DNA of 26,974 bases from Coleofasciculus chthonoplastes F2-STO-03 (lineage in GTDB: Bacteria > Cyanobacteriota > Cyanobacteriia > Cyanobacteriales > Coleofasciculaceae): NCBI GenBank assembly GCA_040222015.1, contig JAVJWO010000124.1, positions 1 through 26,974 on the forward strand. Reading direction: 5' to 3'. Under the pieces are notes generated by a model that made no database searches, had not been told where the DNA came from, and saw only the letters and a program-made list of their open reading frames with translations. The position numbers and the translations under genes were made by a program. This document shows positions 9,190 to 18,011 of the stretch, piece after piece (within the stretch, counting starts at the first letter, position 1; each line of letters starts with the position of its first letter).

Positions 9190-9608
9190 GATCATGACCT
9201 ATATTTGCTAAACTGACGAGTTTGTACATCACTCCCCAGTATCAAAATCATGGAGTTTCCTATCAAAACGTCTTCAATATTTGCAGCTTCGCTTTTTGAT
9301 ACGAACTCGGGTCAGTTTCCGCTTCTGTACAGCAGCAAGATTCCATGATTAAATCTGGTACTAATTCTGGATATGATTCGGGTAACTTTGTCAATCCATT
9401 CTGGCGCATATAATCCCGCATGCGTTCAGCGCGAATGAAACAGTTATCCGGTTCAATTACATCTCCATTCGGCAAAATCCAACCGCAGCGCCCCAAAACA
9501 TAACCCAACGGATGATTAGAACCCGTTTTAACCCACTTCATCAAAGCAAAACCAAAATTAGACCTTGCGATCGCGCCAGCGTGTCCGATAGGACGTATCG
9601 CGTCTAAT
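9190..9608 (-). pseudogene. Degenerate Uma2-family fragment
   Basis: The ORF 9263-9544 plus its in-frame upstream sequence reads GAIARSNFGFALMKWV...LGYVLGRCGWILPNGDVIEPD..F...ER...PELVPDLIME, resembling the Uma2 GF.LPNG..R.PD and VPDL..E motifs. It has no proper N-terminus and stops early. Confidence 0.6.
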
Positions 9609-9612
9609 TATA

Positions 9613-10455
9613 TCATGAACTTCCCGGTAAGTTACTGACAAATTCTGCCAGGGTTTGTGCCGTCAAAGCAACCTCCACTAAATCCTCTAATTGATTAACT
9701 TCAAGTACCTGCAAACGTGGCTCAACATCTGGCGGAACCTGTTCAAAGCGAGTCGAGAGGATACGCAATAACTGTCGTAATGTCCCTTGTTGAAATCCTT
9801 GCTGTTGAGCTGCTTCTTCGGGTAGGGAGACAAGATTACCATCTTGATCATAAAATCGTAACCAAACCGCCGTTTCTCTGTCTATAGTTCCGTGCCAAGT
9901 TCCTACCCATAACCCCAATGTCTGACACCACAGCCAACCCTGTTCATTGGGGACTAACGGTTGATACTGTTGAGACGCATTCAAATGCCAACCCTGTAAG
10001 GAATTGGGGTCAAAGGGATTAAAGACAAAGTAATCCGGTGTTCTAAAAATGCGCTCATAAATATCTTTCTTCGTCCCCGTATCCATAGACGCTGTAGAAG
10101 GAGACATTAATTCGACAATTACATCAGGATAACGCCCCCCTTCTTCCCACACAACCCAACCTTGCCGTTCAGTCGTCCCGTCAACATTTAATACAGCAAA
10201 GAAATCGGGTTCTCTAAAATCTCGGTTCCGCGCCTGTTCACTGCTGTAATAGATAAACATATTACCGCTTGTGAAGAAATCATTGCGGTCAAGATAGGCT
10301 TGCTGCAATGACCGAATCAGGACATTTATAGCAATACGGTGGCGATTACTTTCCAACGGTTCTCGATCATCAAAAATTAAGTCAGTTGGTGGCATGGATG
10401 GTTCCCAGCCTACCCCAGTTTTGGATGTTGTCTCTTGGGTTGCCAAGTCGGACAT
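9613..10455 (-). CDS. Uma2 family endonuclease with C-terminal DUF4351-like tail
   Basis: PPTDL..D.EPLES.RH, PDFF, GWVVWEEGGRYPDVIVELMSPST, PDYFVFNP, then QQGFQQG..RQL..RF..VP...LEDL.E. Confidence 0.88.
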   Translation of the reverse strand: MSDLATQETTSKTGVGWEPSMPPTDLIFDDREPLESNRHRIAINVLIRSLQQAYLDRNDFFTSGNMFIYYSSEQARNRDFREPDFFAVLNVDGTTERQGWVVWEEGGRYPDVIVELMSPSTASMDTGTKKDIYERIFRTPDYFVFNPFDPNSLQGWHLNASQQYQPLVPNEQGWLWCQTLGLWVGTWHGTIDRETAVWLRFYDQDGNLVSLPEEAAQQQGFQQGTLRQLLRILSTRFEQVPPDVEPRLQVLEVNQLEDLVEVALTAQTLAEFVSNLPGSS

Positions 10456-10594
10456 GAGCAGCGTTCCTCTCCACTAAGGTGCTTTCTTTCTGATACCTAA
10501 ATATATCTTAACAAAAACGCGATCGCTAAGATAACAGGTCAAGGGAAACACATAATTTGAAAGAAATACTTTCTGCCACAGCCGATTGAGTAAA

Positions 10595-10655
10595 GGGCGA
10601 CCCGATCAAATTTAGTGGACACAGTTATTGATTTGTGCAAGCGGGTCGCCCCTAC
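10595..10655 (-). repeat. GTAG-type REP-like inverted repeat (variant arms) with 37 nt loop
   Basis: GGGCGACCCG (10595-10604) pairs with CGGGTCGCCC, followed by CTAC (10642-10655). Confidence 0.75.
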
Positions 10656-10850
10656 CCAATAATTAAAGATTATATGCTCCTATCGCCAACACTCCCTTTG
10701 CTGATTATCTTTATTAATCTAGGTTTATATCCATTGCCATGATTGCCGCCCAGATTTATTGTGATAGTTTGATCAAACATCGGGAAATCTCCGAAAACAT
10801 GGTCAAAATTCCTTGACATAAGACCAATGACAAATGACGATCTACTAACT

Positions 10851-12014
10851 ATGTCTCATCGTCCCATTTACCTTGACAACCACGCTACCACCCCCATGGA
10901 TGAACGGGCGCTAGAGGCAATGCTGCCTTTTTTTAGAGAACATTTTGGCAACCCTTCCAGTATTAGCCACGCTTATGGTTGGGAAGCAGAAGCAGGGGTG
11001 AAACAGGCACGACAAATCTTAGCCGATGCTATCCACGCGACACCAGAGGAAATTGTTTTCACCAGTGGTGCGACAGAAGCGAATAATTTAGCGATTAAAG
11101 GGGTGGCTGAAGCTTATTTTAGTAAAGGGCGTCATATTATTACTGTCCAAACCGAACATCGGGCGGTGCTTGACCCCTGTACCTATTTACAAAACCTAGG
11201 ATTTGAGGTCTCGCTTTTACCTGTCAAAAGGGATGGACTACTTGACTTATCTCAGCTTGAAAAAGCAATTCGTCCCGATACAATTTTAGTCTCGGTGATG
11301 GCTGCCAATAACGAAATTGGCGTATTACAACCCCTGGCTGAGATTGGGGAACTGTGTCACCAGCATCAGGTACTCTTTCATACCGACGCTGCCCAAGGGA
11401 TTGGTAAAATCCCCTTGGATGTCCAGGATATGAATATTGACCTAATGTCCCTAACTGCCCATAAACTTTATGGTCCTAAGGGTATTGGGGTGCTTTATGT
11501 CCGCCGCCGTAACCCTAGAGTTAAGTTAGCGTCACAAATTCAGGGAGGGGGACAAGAACGGGGAATCCGTTCGGGTACTCTCTACACACCGCAAATCGTA
11601 GGCTTTGCCAAAGCGGTGGAAGTGGGATTAGCTGAACAAGCCTCTGAATCTCAACGCCTCCTCCAGTTACGGGAACAGCTTTGGAATAGTCTCTCTCAGG
11701 TAGGAGGGATTTACCTGAATGGTCATCCGAGTCAGCGATTGTCAGGAAATCTGAATATTTCTGTGGAAGGAGTGGATGGTTCCGCCCTGCTGTTAGGATT
11801 GCAGCCTGTCGTCGCCGTTTCGTCGGGTTCGGCTTGCTCCTCGACTAATGTAGCGCCATCCCACGTCCTTTTGGCACTGGGACATTCAGAATCCCTAGCT
11901 TATGCTTCGATTCGGTTTGGGATTGGGCGCTATAATACAGCCGAGGAAATTGATCGGGTTGCCCAACAAGCGATCGCGACAATTGAGTCCTTGCGTCAAG
12001 CTCAAACCCCTTAA
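10851..12014 (+). CDS. iscS: Cysteine desulfurase, group I (IscS-like)
   Basis: IYLDNHATTP, FTSGATEANN, PLP lysine in AHKLYGPKG, catalytic SSGSACSS. The start is set at ATG 10851 because ATG 10827 lies within a heptamer repeat. Confidence 0.92.
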   Translation: MSHRPIYLDNHATTPMDERALEAMLPFFREHFGNPSSISHAYGWEAEAGVKQARQILADAIHATPEEIVFTSGATEANNLAIKGVAEAYFSKGRHIITVQTEHRAVLDPCTYLQNLGFEVSLLPVKRDGLLDLSQLEKAIRPDTILVSVMAANNEIGVLQPLAEIGELCHQHQVLFHTDAAQGIGKIPLDVQDMNIDLMSLTAHKLYGPKGIGVLYVRRRNPRVKLASQIQGGGQERGIRSGTLYTPQIVGFAKAVEVGLAEQASESQRLLQLREQLWNSLSQVGGIYLNGHPSQRLSGNLNISVEGVDGSALLLGLQPVVAVSSGSACSSTNVAPSHVLLALGHSESLAYASIRFGIGRYNTAEEIDRVAQQAIATIESLRQAQTP

Positions 12015-12107
12015 ACGTCGGTTCCGTAACCTGAGTGAGGGTGATGGAGGTAGTTTTGTGTGGAGTGTTGACCCTTCACTTTGTTCGAGAGCATGGCGTG
12101 TGAGTAT

Positions 12108-12168
12108 GTAGGGGCGGGTTTGACCAATAACGTTCAGAAGGAAACCTCTAATTTAACTAAACCCGCCC
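12108..12168 (+). repeat. GTAG-type REP-like inverted repeat with 39 nt loop
   Basis: GTAGGGGCGGGTT (12108-12120) pairs with AACCCGCCC (12160-12168). Confidence 0.8.
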
Positions 12169-12194
12169 TGACTAAGGTTTGAAGGAACTCCTCC

Positions 12195-12260
12195 GCTTCC
12201 CCTGTTCTCCCTGCCTCTGCTGCCTCCCCTGATTGCCCAGCCTCCCCTGTTTTCCCTGCA
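12195..12260. repeat. Degenerate 9-bp tandem repeat (GCTTCCCCT-like)
   Basis: gcttcccct gttctccct gcctctgct gcctcccct gattgccca gcctcccct gttttccct; same family as 26863-26974. Confidence 0.75.
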
Positions 12261-12322
12261 CCGATAACCCCCTCACAGCTAAACTGATAGTCTTACCCGT
12301 TAACAATCAACAATCAAAGCAG

Positions 12323-12808
12323 TATAATATAAAATTGAGGAAACAGTTGCGTACCTACAGTGACACTAGGTTCGACCTGTAGAAACTATCTCATAGATAC
12401 TGTCCGTAACTGATTCACACTTCCAGACTTTTGACTTGCACGTTACCAAACTCCAATGCTGGCCCTTGGGCGAAGGGGCATGACATTGGCTACCTGTAGC
12501 ATTGGAGAAAAAGTAGATCCATGAGAGTGTCAGTAGTCTTCAGTCACTCCCCGATCACGATTTACGTTTTCTAAGTAAAGCTAAAGTTTTTGCTTTTCAG
12601 AATCATAAAGGGTAGCCAAAGTAAGAGTGACCGATCAATTTTAGGTATGCGATTTAAGATTTTTGGTGGAAAAGGTAACTCAGACAAGCATTCAAGCATT
12701 ATTCAAGCTTGGCTCGTTTGCCTGTTCTCTAAACTAATCAGCTATCTAAAATTTCAAACTAGACAAGCTTCAGTACTTGAGCGTACTGCCAAATTTTGAG
12801 GAAATTGA
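12323..12808 (+). promoter_or_regulatory. Probable rne promoter (-10 TATAAT at 12323) and long structured 5' leader
   Basis: TATAAT at 12323-12328. Stems include CTACAG/CTGTAG and the 10 bp CTCCAATGCT (12451-60)/AGCATTGGAG (12498-507). Long rne leaders are known in bacteria. Confidence 0.5.
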
Positions 12809-14827
12809 ATGGCAAAGCAAATTATTATTGCAGAGCAATATCGGCTGGCTGCTGTCTTTTCAGAAGATCAAATCCAAGAACTTGTCGTTGCCACGGGCAG
12901 CCACCAAGTAGGTGATATTTATCTCGGCATTGTCGAAAACGTTTTACCAGGCATTGATGCCGCATTCGTCAATATCGGTGATGCCGAACGCAATGGATTT
13001 ATTCATGTCACCGACTTGGGTCCTTTGCGACTTAAACGTCGCTCTGGGGCGATTACGGAACTGCTCACCCCGCAGCAAAAAGTCTTAGTCCAAGTGATGA
13101 AGGAGCCGACGGGTAATAAAGGTCCTCGGCTGACCGGAAATATCAGCTTACCGGGTCGTTATCTGGTGCTGATGCCTTATGGACGAGGGGTTAATTTATC
13201 CCGACGGATAAAGAACGAAAACGAACGTAATCGCCTCAGAGCCTTGGCTGTGCTGATTAAACCCGCTGGGATGGGATTATTGGTTCGCACAGAAGCCGAG
13301 GGCAGAGCGGAAGAAGCTGTAATGGAGGATTTGGAGGCGCTGCAACGCCAGTGGGAAGCCATCCAGCAGGAGGCAACTTCGACCAGAGCGCCGGCTCTAC
13401 TCAATCGCGATGATGATTTTATCCAACGAGTCCTCCGCGATATGTACACAGCGGATGTGAATCGGATTGTGGTTGATTCCAATACTGGGGTCAAACGGGT
13501 AAAACAGCAGTTAGTAAGCTGGAGTGGCGGTCGATCACCGGAAGGGGTTTTAATTGACCATCACCGCGATCGCCTCTCAATTCTCGATTATTTCCGAATT
13601 AATGCGGCGATTCGAGAAGCCTTAAAGCCACGAGTCGATCTGCCATCGGGAGGCTATATTATTATCCAACCGACGGAAGCCCTAACCGTTATTGATGTAA
13701 ACTCCGGTTCCTTTACCCGTTCCGCCACGGCGCGAGAAACCGTCCTCTGGACTAACTGTGAAGCCGCGACGGAAATCGCCCGCCAATTGCGCCTACGTAA
13801 TATTGCTGGCGTAATCATCGTGGACTTTATCGATATGGACTCGCGGCGTGACCAATTACAAGTTCTGGAACATTTCAACAAAGCGTTGAAAATGGACAAA
13901 GCCAGACCCCAAATCGCCCAATTGTCAGAACTGGGGTTAGTCGAACTCACCCGCAAGCGCCAAGGTCAAAATATTTACGAATTATTTGGTCGCACTTGTC
14001 CAAGCTGTGGTGGATTGGGACATCTGGTGCATCTTCCCGGTGAGCCAGAACCTCAAGTGCAGCAAGAGCCAGAGCCTATTTCTCGCGTTGAAATCCCAGA
14101 AACCTCTGATCTTCCAGAACCCCTGGATATCCCTGGCTTTAATGAACCGGATGAACTTGAACTTAATCATCCGAGTTATCAAGAACGGGGAATCCCCAAT
14201 GGCACTAATCGCCGCCGTCGCCGTCGCCGCCTGGAGGATGTAATCTCCAAGGATGAACCTGTAGCCAAGAGCAATGTTCGCCCAATTACCCTGTCCCAAC
14301 GTTCCTCTGATGTGAGTGAAGACGTAGAGGGGATGAGGCGCGATACGACATCTGTTGAACGTCCCATCGTGTCAGACTCCAGTGAACGAGTGGGCAAACC
14401 CCAGCTCATTCGGTCGGTGGTAGAGATGGAACCGCCGGAAGTTATTCAGGTTGAGATGACGCCGGAAGAACAGGATGTTTATGCCTTGATGGGTATTTCA
14501 CCATTAGTGCGGTTAGATAAGGAGATTAGAAATCCCCGATCAGTTATGGTTTCGGTGGTGCTTCCTGGAGAAGCTGAATCGGGTTCTTCTGACAATGACA
14601 CCACTGACAATGACACCACTGACGATTCATGGGAGGATACGTCTCACCCATCAGAGGAGTCAGACTCAGAAGAGAGTTCAGACAAGGTACTAGTTACTTC
14701 TTCGGGAGAAGCCGCTGATGTTGATTTAGAATCATCGGCTGATTCAACCTCAACCAGCGAATCGGAAACAAAACCGCCTTTGATTCGTCGTCGTCGTCGC
14801 CGTTCTTCAGCAATGGAGAATGAGTGA
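12809..14827 (+). CDS. rne: Ribonuclease E
   Basis: S1 domain (LPGIDAAFVNIG), KEPTGNKGPRLT, TEALTVIDVNSG, GVIIVDFIDM, Zn-link CPSC, and the C-terminal RRRRRRSSA motif characteristic of cyanobacterial RNase E. Confidence 0.97.
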   Translation: MAKQIIIAEQYRLAAVFSEDQIQELVVATGSHQVGDIYLGIVENVLPGIDAAFVNIGDAERNGFIHVTDLGPLRLKRRSGAITELLTPQQKVLVQVMKEPTGNKGPRLTGNISLPGRYLVLMPYGRGVNLSRRIKNENERNRLRALAVLIKPAGMGLLVRTEAEGRAEEAVMEDLEALQRQWEAIQQEATSTRAPALLNRDDDFIQRVLRDMYTADVNRIVVDSNTGVKRVKQQLVSWSGGRSPEGVLIDHHRDRLSILDYFRINAAIREALKPRVDLPSGGYIIIQPTEALTVIDVNSGSFTRSATARETVLWTNCEAATEIARQLRLRNIAGVIIVDFIDMDSRRDQLQVLEHFNKALKMDKARPQIAQLSELGLVELTRKRQGQNIYELFGRTCPSCGGLGHLVHLPGEPEPQVQQEPEPISRVEIPETSDLPEPLDIPGFNEPDELELNHPSYQERGIPNGTNRRRRRRRLEDVISKDEPVAKSNVRPITLSQRSSDVSEDVEGMRRDTTSVERPIVSDSSERVGKPQLIRSVVEMEPPEVIQVEMTPEEQDVYALMGISPLVRLDKEIRNPRSVMVSVVLPGEAESGSSDNDTTDNDTTDDSWEDTSHPSEESDSEESSDKVLVTSSGEAADVDLESSADSTSTSESETKPPLIRRRRRRSSAMENE

Positions 14828-14912
14828 GGGATAAAGGGGTTTCAAAAGCGAAGCGGATTTGATATCACTCCCCAAGTCAGGCTTCACCCCTCGCCCCTCT
14901 CCCACGCTTGGG

Positions 14913-15125
14913 CTATGCATTACCCACATCTTTCTCAACATTAGCGAGAGCGATCGCTCTCGCCCTCTCCAACCCCCATTCCTACATAGCCAATTCTCAA
15001 TAAAGTTGATATTTTCTCAATAAAGGTTTGTGGTAATTTGTCAAGTATCGTGGAATTACTTGACTTTGAAAGCCTTGTTTCACAGGGCTTTCAGGATTGT
15101 TAAGAAAGATGCGTATAAAGGATAG
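14913..15125. mobile_element. 213 bp MITE with 28 bp imperfect TIRs and a 10 bp target-site duplication (IS4-like by TSD length)
   Basis: Left TIR CTATGCATTACCCACATCTTTCTCAACA matches the reverse complement of the right TIR, CTATCCTTTATACGCATCTTTCTTAACA, at 22/28. The TSD CACGCTTGGG lies at 14903-14912 and 15126-15135. Confidence 0.9.
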
Positions 15126-15248
15126 CACGCTTGGGAGAGGGAGCCAGAACAGCCCAGCCCTTAAGGGCAAGGGCAGATCCTAGTACGGATACATAGCCTC
15201 AAGGTTTGCCAGTACTGGTTTTTACCTTAAGTTGACTCTCAAAAATCC

Positions 15249-15911
15249 ATGAAAATGGAAAATTCAGCTAACTATTGTCAACTACCGGAACTATCGGGCG
15301 ATCGCAAATTGATCGCCGGAGTCGATGAAGTTGGGCGTGGCGCTTTATTTGGTCCAGTTGTGGCAGCAGCGGTTATTTTACCCGCATCGACTCTGCCCAA
15401 TTTGGCTGGTTCTGGAATGAAAGATAGTAAACAGTTAACTCGTCTACGACGCCAGAAATTGTCACAAGAGATTCAAGAGTTAGCCGTCGATTGGAGTATT
15501 GGTTATGCCACCAGTACTGAAATTGACCAAATTAATATCTTACAAGCCTCTCTGTTGGCAATGAAACGGGCTGTACTGAAGTTAAAAGTGCAGCCTGATT
15601 TATGTTTAATTGATGGGAGACAGGCATTGGTAGGTTTACCTGTACCCCAAAAAAGTCTGATTAAAGGAGATCAGCGATCGCTGGAAATAGCAGCGGCTAG
15701 CATTGTGGCGAAAGTCTGGCGGGATGATTTAGTTGGGCGTTTAGCGACGAAGTATCCTGATTATGACATAGCCGCTAATAAGGGGTACGGAACCGAACGA
15801 CATCGTTTAGCCCTCCAAGAGTTGGGTCCTTCGCCACAGCATCGCCTTTCCTTTCGTCCGTGTCAACTCAAGGATGGGGGAGTTGGGGAAGAGGGGAAAG
15901 CGATTTCCTAA
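15249..15911 (+). CDS. rnhB: Ribonuclease HII
   Basis: IAGVDEVGRGALFGPVVAAAV, DSKQL, LIDG, KGD..S..IAAASIVAKVWRD, NKGYGT..H. Confidence 0.96.
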   Translation: MKMENSANYCQLPELSGDRKLIAGVDEVGRGALFGPVVAAAVILPASTLPNLAGSGMKDSKQLTRLRRQKLSQEIQELAVDWSIGYATSTEIDQINILQASLLAMKRAVLKLKVQPDLCLIDGRQALVGLPVPQKSLIKGDQRSLEIAAASIVAKVWRDDLVGRLATKYPDYDIAANKGYGTERHRLALQELGPSPQHRLSFRPCQLKDGGVGEEGKAIS

Positions 15912-15943
15912 TTAACAAAGGACAAAGGACAAATGACAAATGA

Positions 15944-16534
15944 CTAAATGGTGGGATTATCAGCGGGTGCAAGATGCTGAGAGTTAGGCTGATTAAGGGT
16001 TTGACGAGCCGCGTTAGCCCATTGCCGATAATCCAATAGCAGTTGATGCATTAATTTATGCTTAATTCGCAGCAACACACTTTTGAGTAATCCATTTCCG
16101 GTTGTTTCAATAATGGGTTGGGGTGTCATCGATAGAGGAAAGGGAATATCCACCCGAACCTTTAAATCAGCCTTACCTTTGAGCCGAGTGGTGTTTTGCT
16201 GTTGCTCAGGATAGAGTTTTCCCTTGACCTCCAGGGTAAAGCGTTGATTGATGTAGTCTAATCCAGGAATGTCACAATCTACTGATCGCAGATGAACTGT
16301 ACCGTTAACATCTGCCCAAACTTTGAGGGTGACTCGCGGTTGAAAGGTTAACGACAGAAAATTCAATGGACGCATTTTTAGGCGAAACTGCTCTGGACTC
16401 AGTTGCTCGATCAGATTCGGATCAGCGATCGCGTGTACCAACCGCTGAGGTTGACGTAAATAGTGCTGAATGGGGGCAGGTTGTGCGGGTACAGTAATTT
16501 CTACGGATTGCGATGCAGTAAACTGGCTGGTCAT
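15944..16534 (-). CDS. DUF1997 domain protein
   Basis: F.ASQSV.I.VP.QP.PIQHYLRQPQRLV, FRLKMRPLNFL, E.TGNGLLKSVL.RIK..L..QLL.DY..W; this family is a usual neighbour of rnhB/pheA in cyanobacteria. Confidence 0.85.
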   Translation of the reverse strand: MTSQFTASQSVEITVPAQPAPIQHYLRQPQRLVHAIADPNLIEQLSPEQFRLKMRPLNFLSLTFQPRVTLKVWADVNGTVHLRSVDCDIPGLDYINQRFTLEVKGKLYPEQQQNTTRLKGKADLKVRVDIPFPLSMTPQPIIETTGNGLLKSVLLRIKHKLMHQLLLDYRQWANAARQTLNQPNSQHLAPADNPTI

Positions 16535-16840
16535 AGGGTGAGAGCAACGTTGGGTTTTGTCTAAGTTTCTTAAAGTTAATCTTACTTTAATTAAAGTTTA
16601 TTTACATAACTGGGGGGAATTTTTTAATCTTAGGGGGATGAGCGAGTCTCGTAGATGAGACCACTGCATGTAACTTAATCCTTACTCCGATTGTAGAAAT
16701 TATGCTCGCCAACCGTTATCTTCCTATAGAAGACTTTCAGTGCCTCGATCAAAGCAAAGGTTTAGTCCTAAGGACGGAAATTATTAAATCTCATTACTGA
16801 GTACAAATAAAGGTAGGAACTATAAACTAAAGCGCAGTTT

Positions 16841-17704
16841 ATGTCAATTTCAATTGCCCATCTTGGACCACCAGGGACTTACGCGGAAGCGGCAGCATTA
16901 GCTTACTGTCGCACTCTTACCCGTGAAAGTGATTCAAAACCCTCCTTATGTCCTTATCCCAGCATTGCCCAAACTCTGCACGCCGTCGCCAAAGGGCAAG
17001 CGGATTTGGCGGTGGTGCCTGTAGAAAATTCCATTGAAGGCAGTGTCACGATTACATTGGATACTTTGTGGCAACTCGATCAACTGCAAATTCAACAGGC
17101 ATTGGTTTTGCCAATCCAACATGCTCTGCTGTCACGGGCATCTCGTCTTCAGGCAATTCAAACAGTTTATTCTCATCCTCAAGCCTTAGCCCAATGTCAA
17201 GGGTGGCTGGAGAAGTGTCTGCCCTCGGTACAACTTGTAGCAACAAACTCAACCACAGAAGCCTTACAGCATCTGGATACCGACTATACGGCAGGCGTGA
17301 TCGCTTCCCAACGGGCGGCGATGCTTTATCAATTACCTATCCTGGCGGCGGCTATCAATGATTATCCAGACAACTGTACTCGTTTTTGGATTGTGGGTCA
17401 GCAATCGTCTCCTGGGGGTAGTCATACCTCCCTGGGTTTTAGCACGCCCGCCAATGTACCGGGCGCCTTAGTTAAACCCCTACAAGCCTTTGCCCAGCGA
17501 GAGATTAACCTGAGTCGGATTGAGTCTCGCCCGACGAAGCGATCGCTGGGTGAGTATCTTTTCTTTATTGATTTAGAAGCCGATGCCTCTACACCGTTGG
17601 TGCAAGAGGCACTCTCAGAAGCTGCCTCTCATACAGAAATTCTGAAAATTTTTGGCAGCTACAGCGTCATACCCATTGATTCAACCGCGCTGATTGAGAA
17701 TTAA
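16841..17704 (+). CDS. pheA: Prephenate dehydratase
   Basis: IAHLGPPGTYAE, VVPVENSIEGSV, YSHPQALAQC, NCTRFW, and ACT domain INLSRIESRP..LGEYLFFID. Confidence 0.96.
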   Translation: MSISIAHLGPPGTYAEAAALAYCRTLTRESDSKPSLCPYPSIAQTLHAVAKGQADLAVVPVENSIEGSVTITLDTLWQLDQLQIQQALVLPIQHALLSRASRLQAIQTVYSHPQALAQCQGWLEKCLPSVQLVATNSTTEALQHLDTDYTAGVIASQRAAMLYQLPILAAAINDYPDNCTRFWIVGQQSSPGGSHTSLGFSTPANVPGALVKPLQAFAQREINLSRIESRPTKRSLGEYLFFIDLEADASTPLVQEALSEAASHTEILKIFGSYSVIPIDSTALIEN

Positions 17705-17827
17705 GCTTAACGTATCACGGAAGTCCCACCCTCAATAGGCGGATTTTCGTAGCCGTCAGGAAAGAATGACGCCTATAGGGTGGGGATAGGCAGCGGATTG
17801 ACGGAGGTACGGAATCAATCAATAGAT

Positions 17828-17959
17828 TTATTTGACTGGCAATCTATCTATCCAGTCTTCAATGAGCTGAGTGACAGTTTTTTCTTTCTCTTGGGCATAA
17901 CCCTTGAGTTTTTTCATTCGCTTTTCAGATAACCTTACATGGAGGTTTTGGGTTTTCAT
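17828..17959 (-). CDS. Small ribbon-helix-helix (CopG/Arc-like) DNA-binding protein, 43 aa
   Basis: MKTQNLHVRLSEKRMKKLKGYAQEKEKTVTQLIEDWIDRLPVK*: alternating beta strand (NLHVRL), helix A (KKLKGYAQ), turn, helix B (TVTQLIEDWID). Below the ORF-track size cutoff. Confidence 0.8.
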   Translation of the reverse strand: MKTQNLHVRLSEKRMKKLKGYAQEKEKTVTQLIEDWIDRLPVK

Positions 17960-17962
17960 CGC

Positions 17963-17992
17963 GTGTTGACAATTGCAACACAAATATACTAT
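17963..17992 (+). promoter_or_regulatory. Palindromic operator overlapping a rightward promoter
   Basis: GTGTTG-acaattg-CAACAC (17963-17981) overlaps TTGACA (17966-71). TACTAT lies at 17987-92, a non-optimal 15 bp spacing. Confidence 0.55.
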
Positions 17993-18011
17993 CGTGAATT
18001 TGGTTGCTAAC

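Noticed and set aside
4646..12168. CRISPR array
   Set aside because: The repeats are inverted arms dispersed kilobases apart rather than tandem direct repeats, and no cas genes are present.
14591..14623. 15-bp tandem duplication (DNDTT x2) in rne
   Set aside because: Ordinary slippage in the disordered acidic C-terminal region.
14994..15025. Fur-like half sites (TTCTCAATAA) in the MITE
   Set aside because: They are arranged as direct repeats 20 bp apart rather than as an inverted box, so there is no support for regulation.
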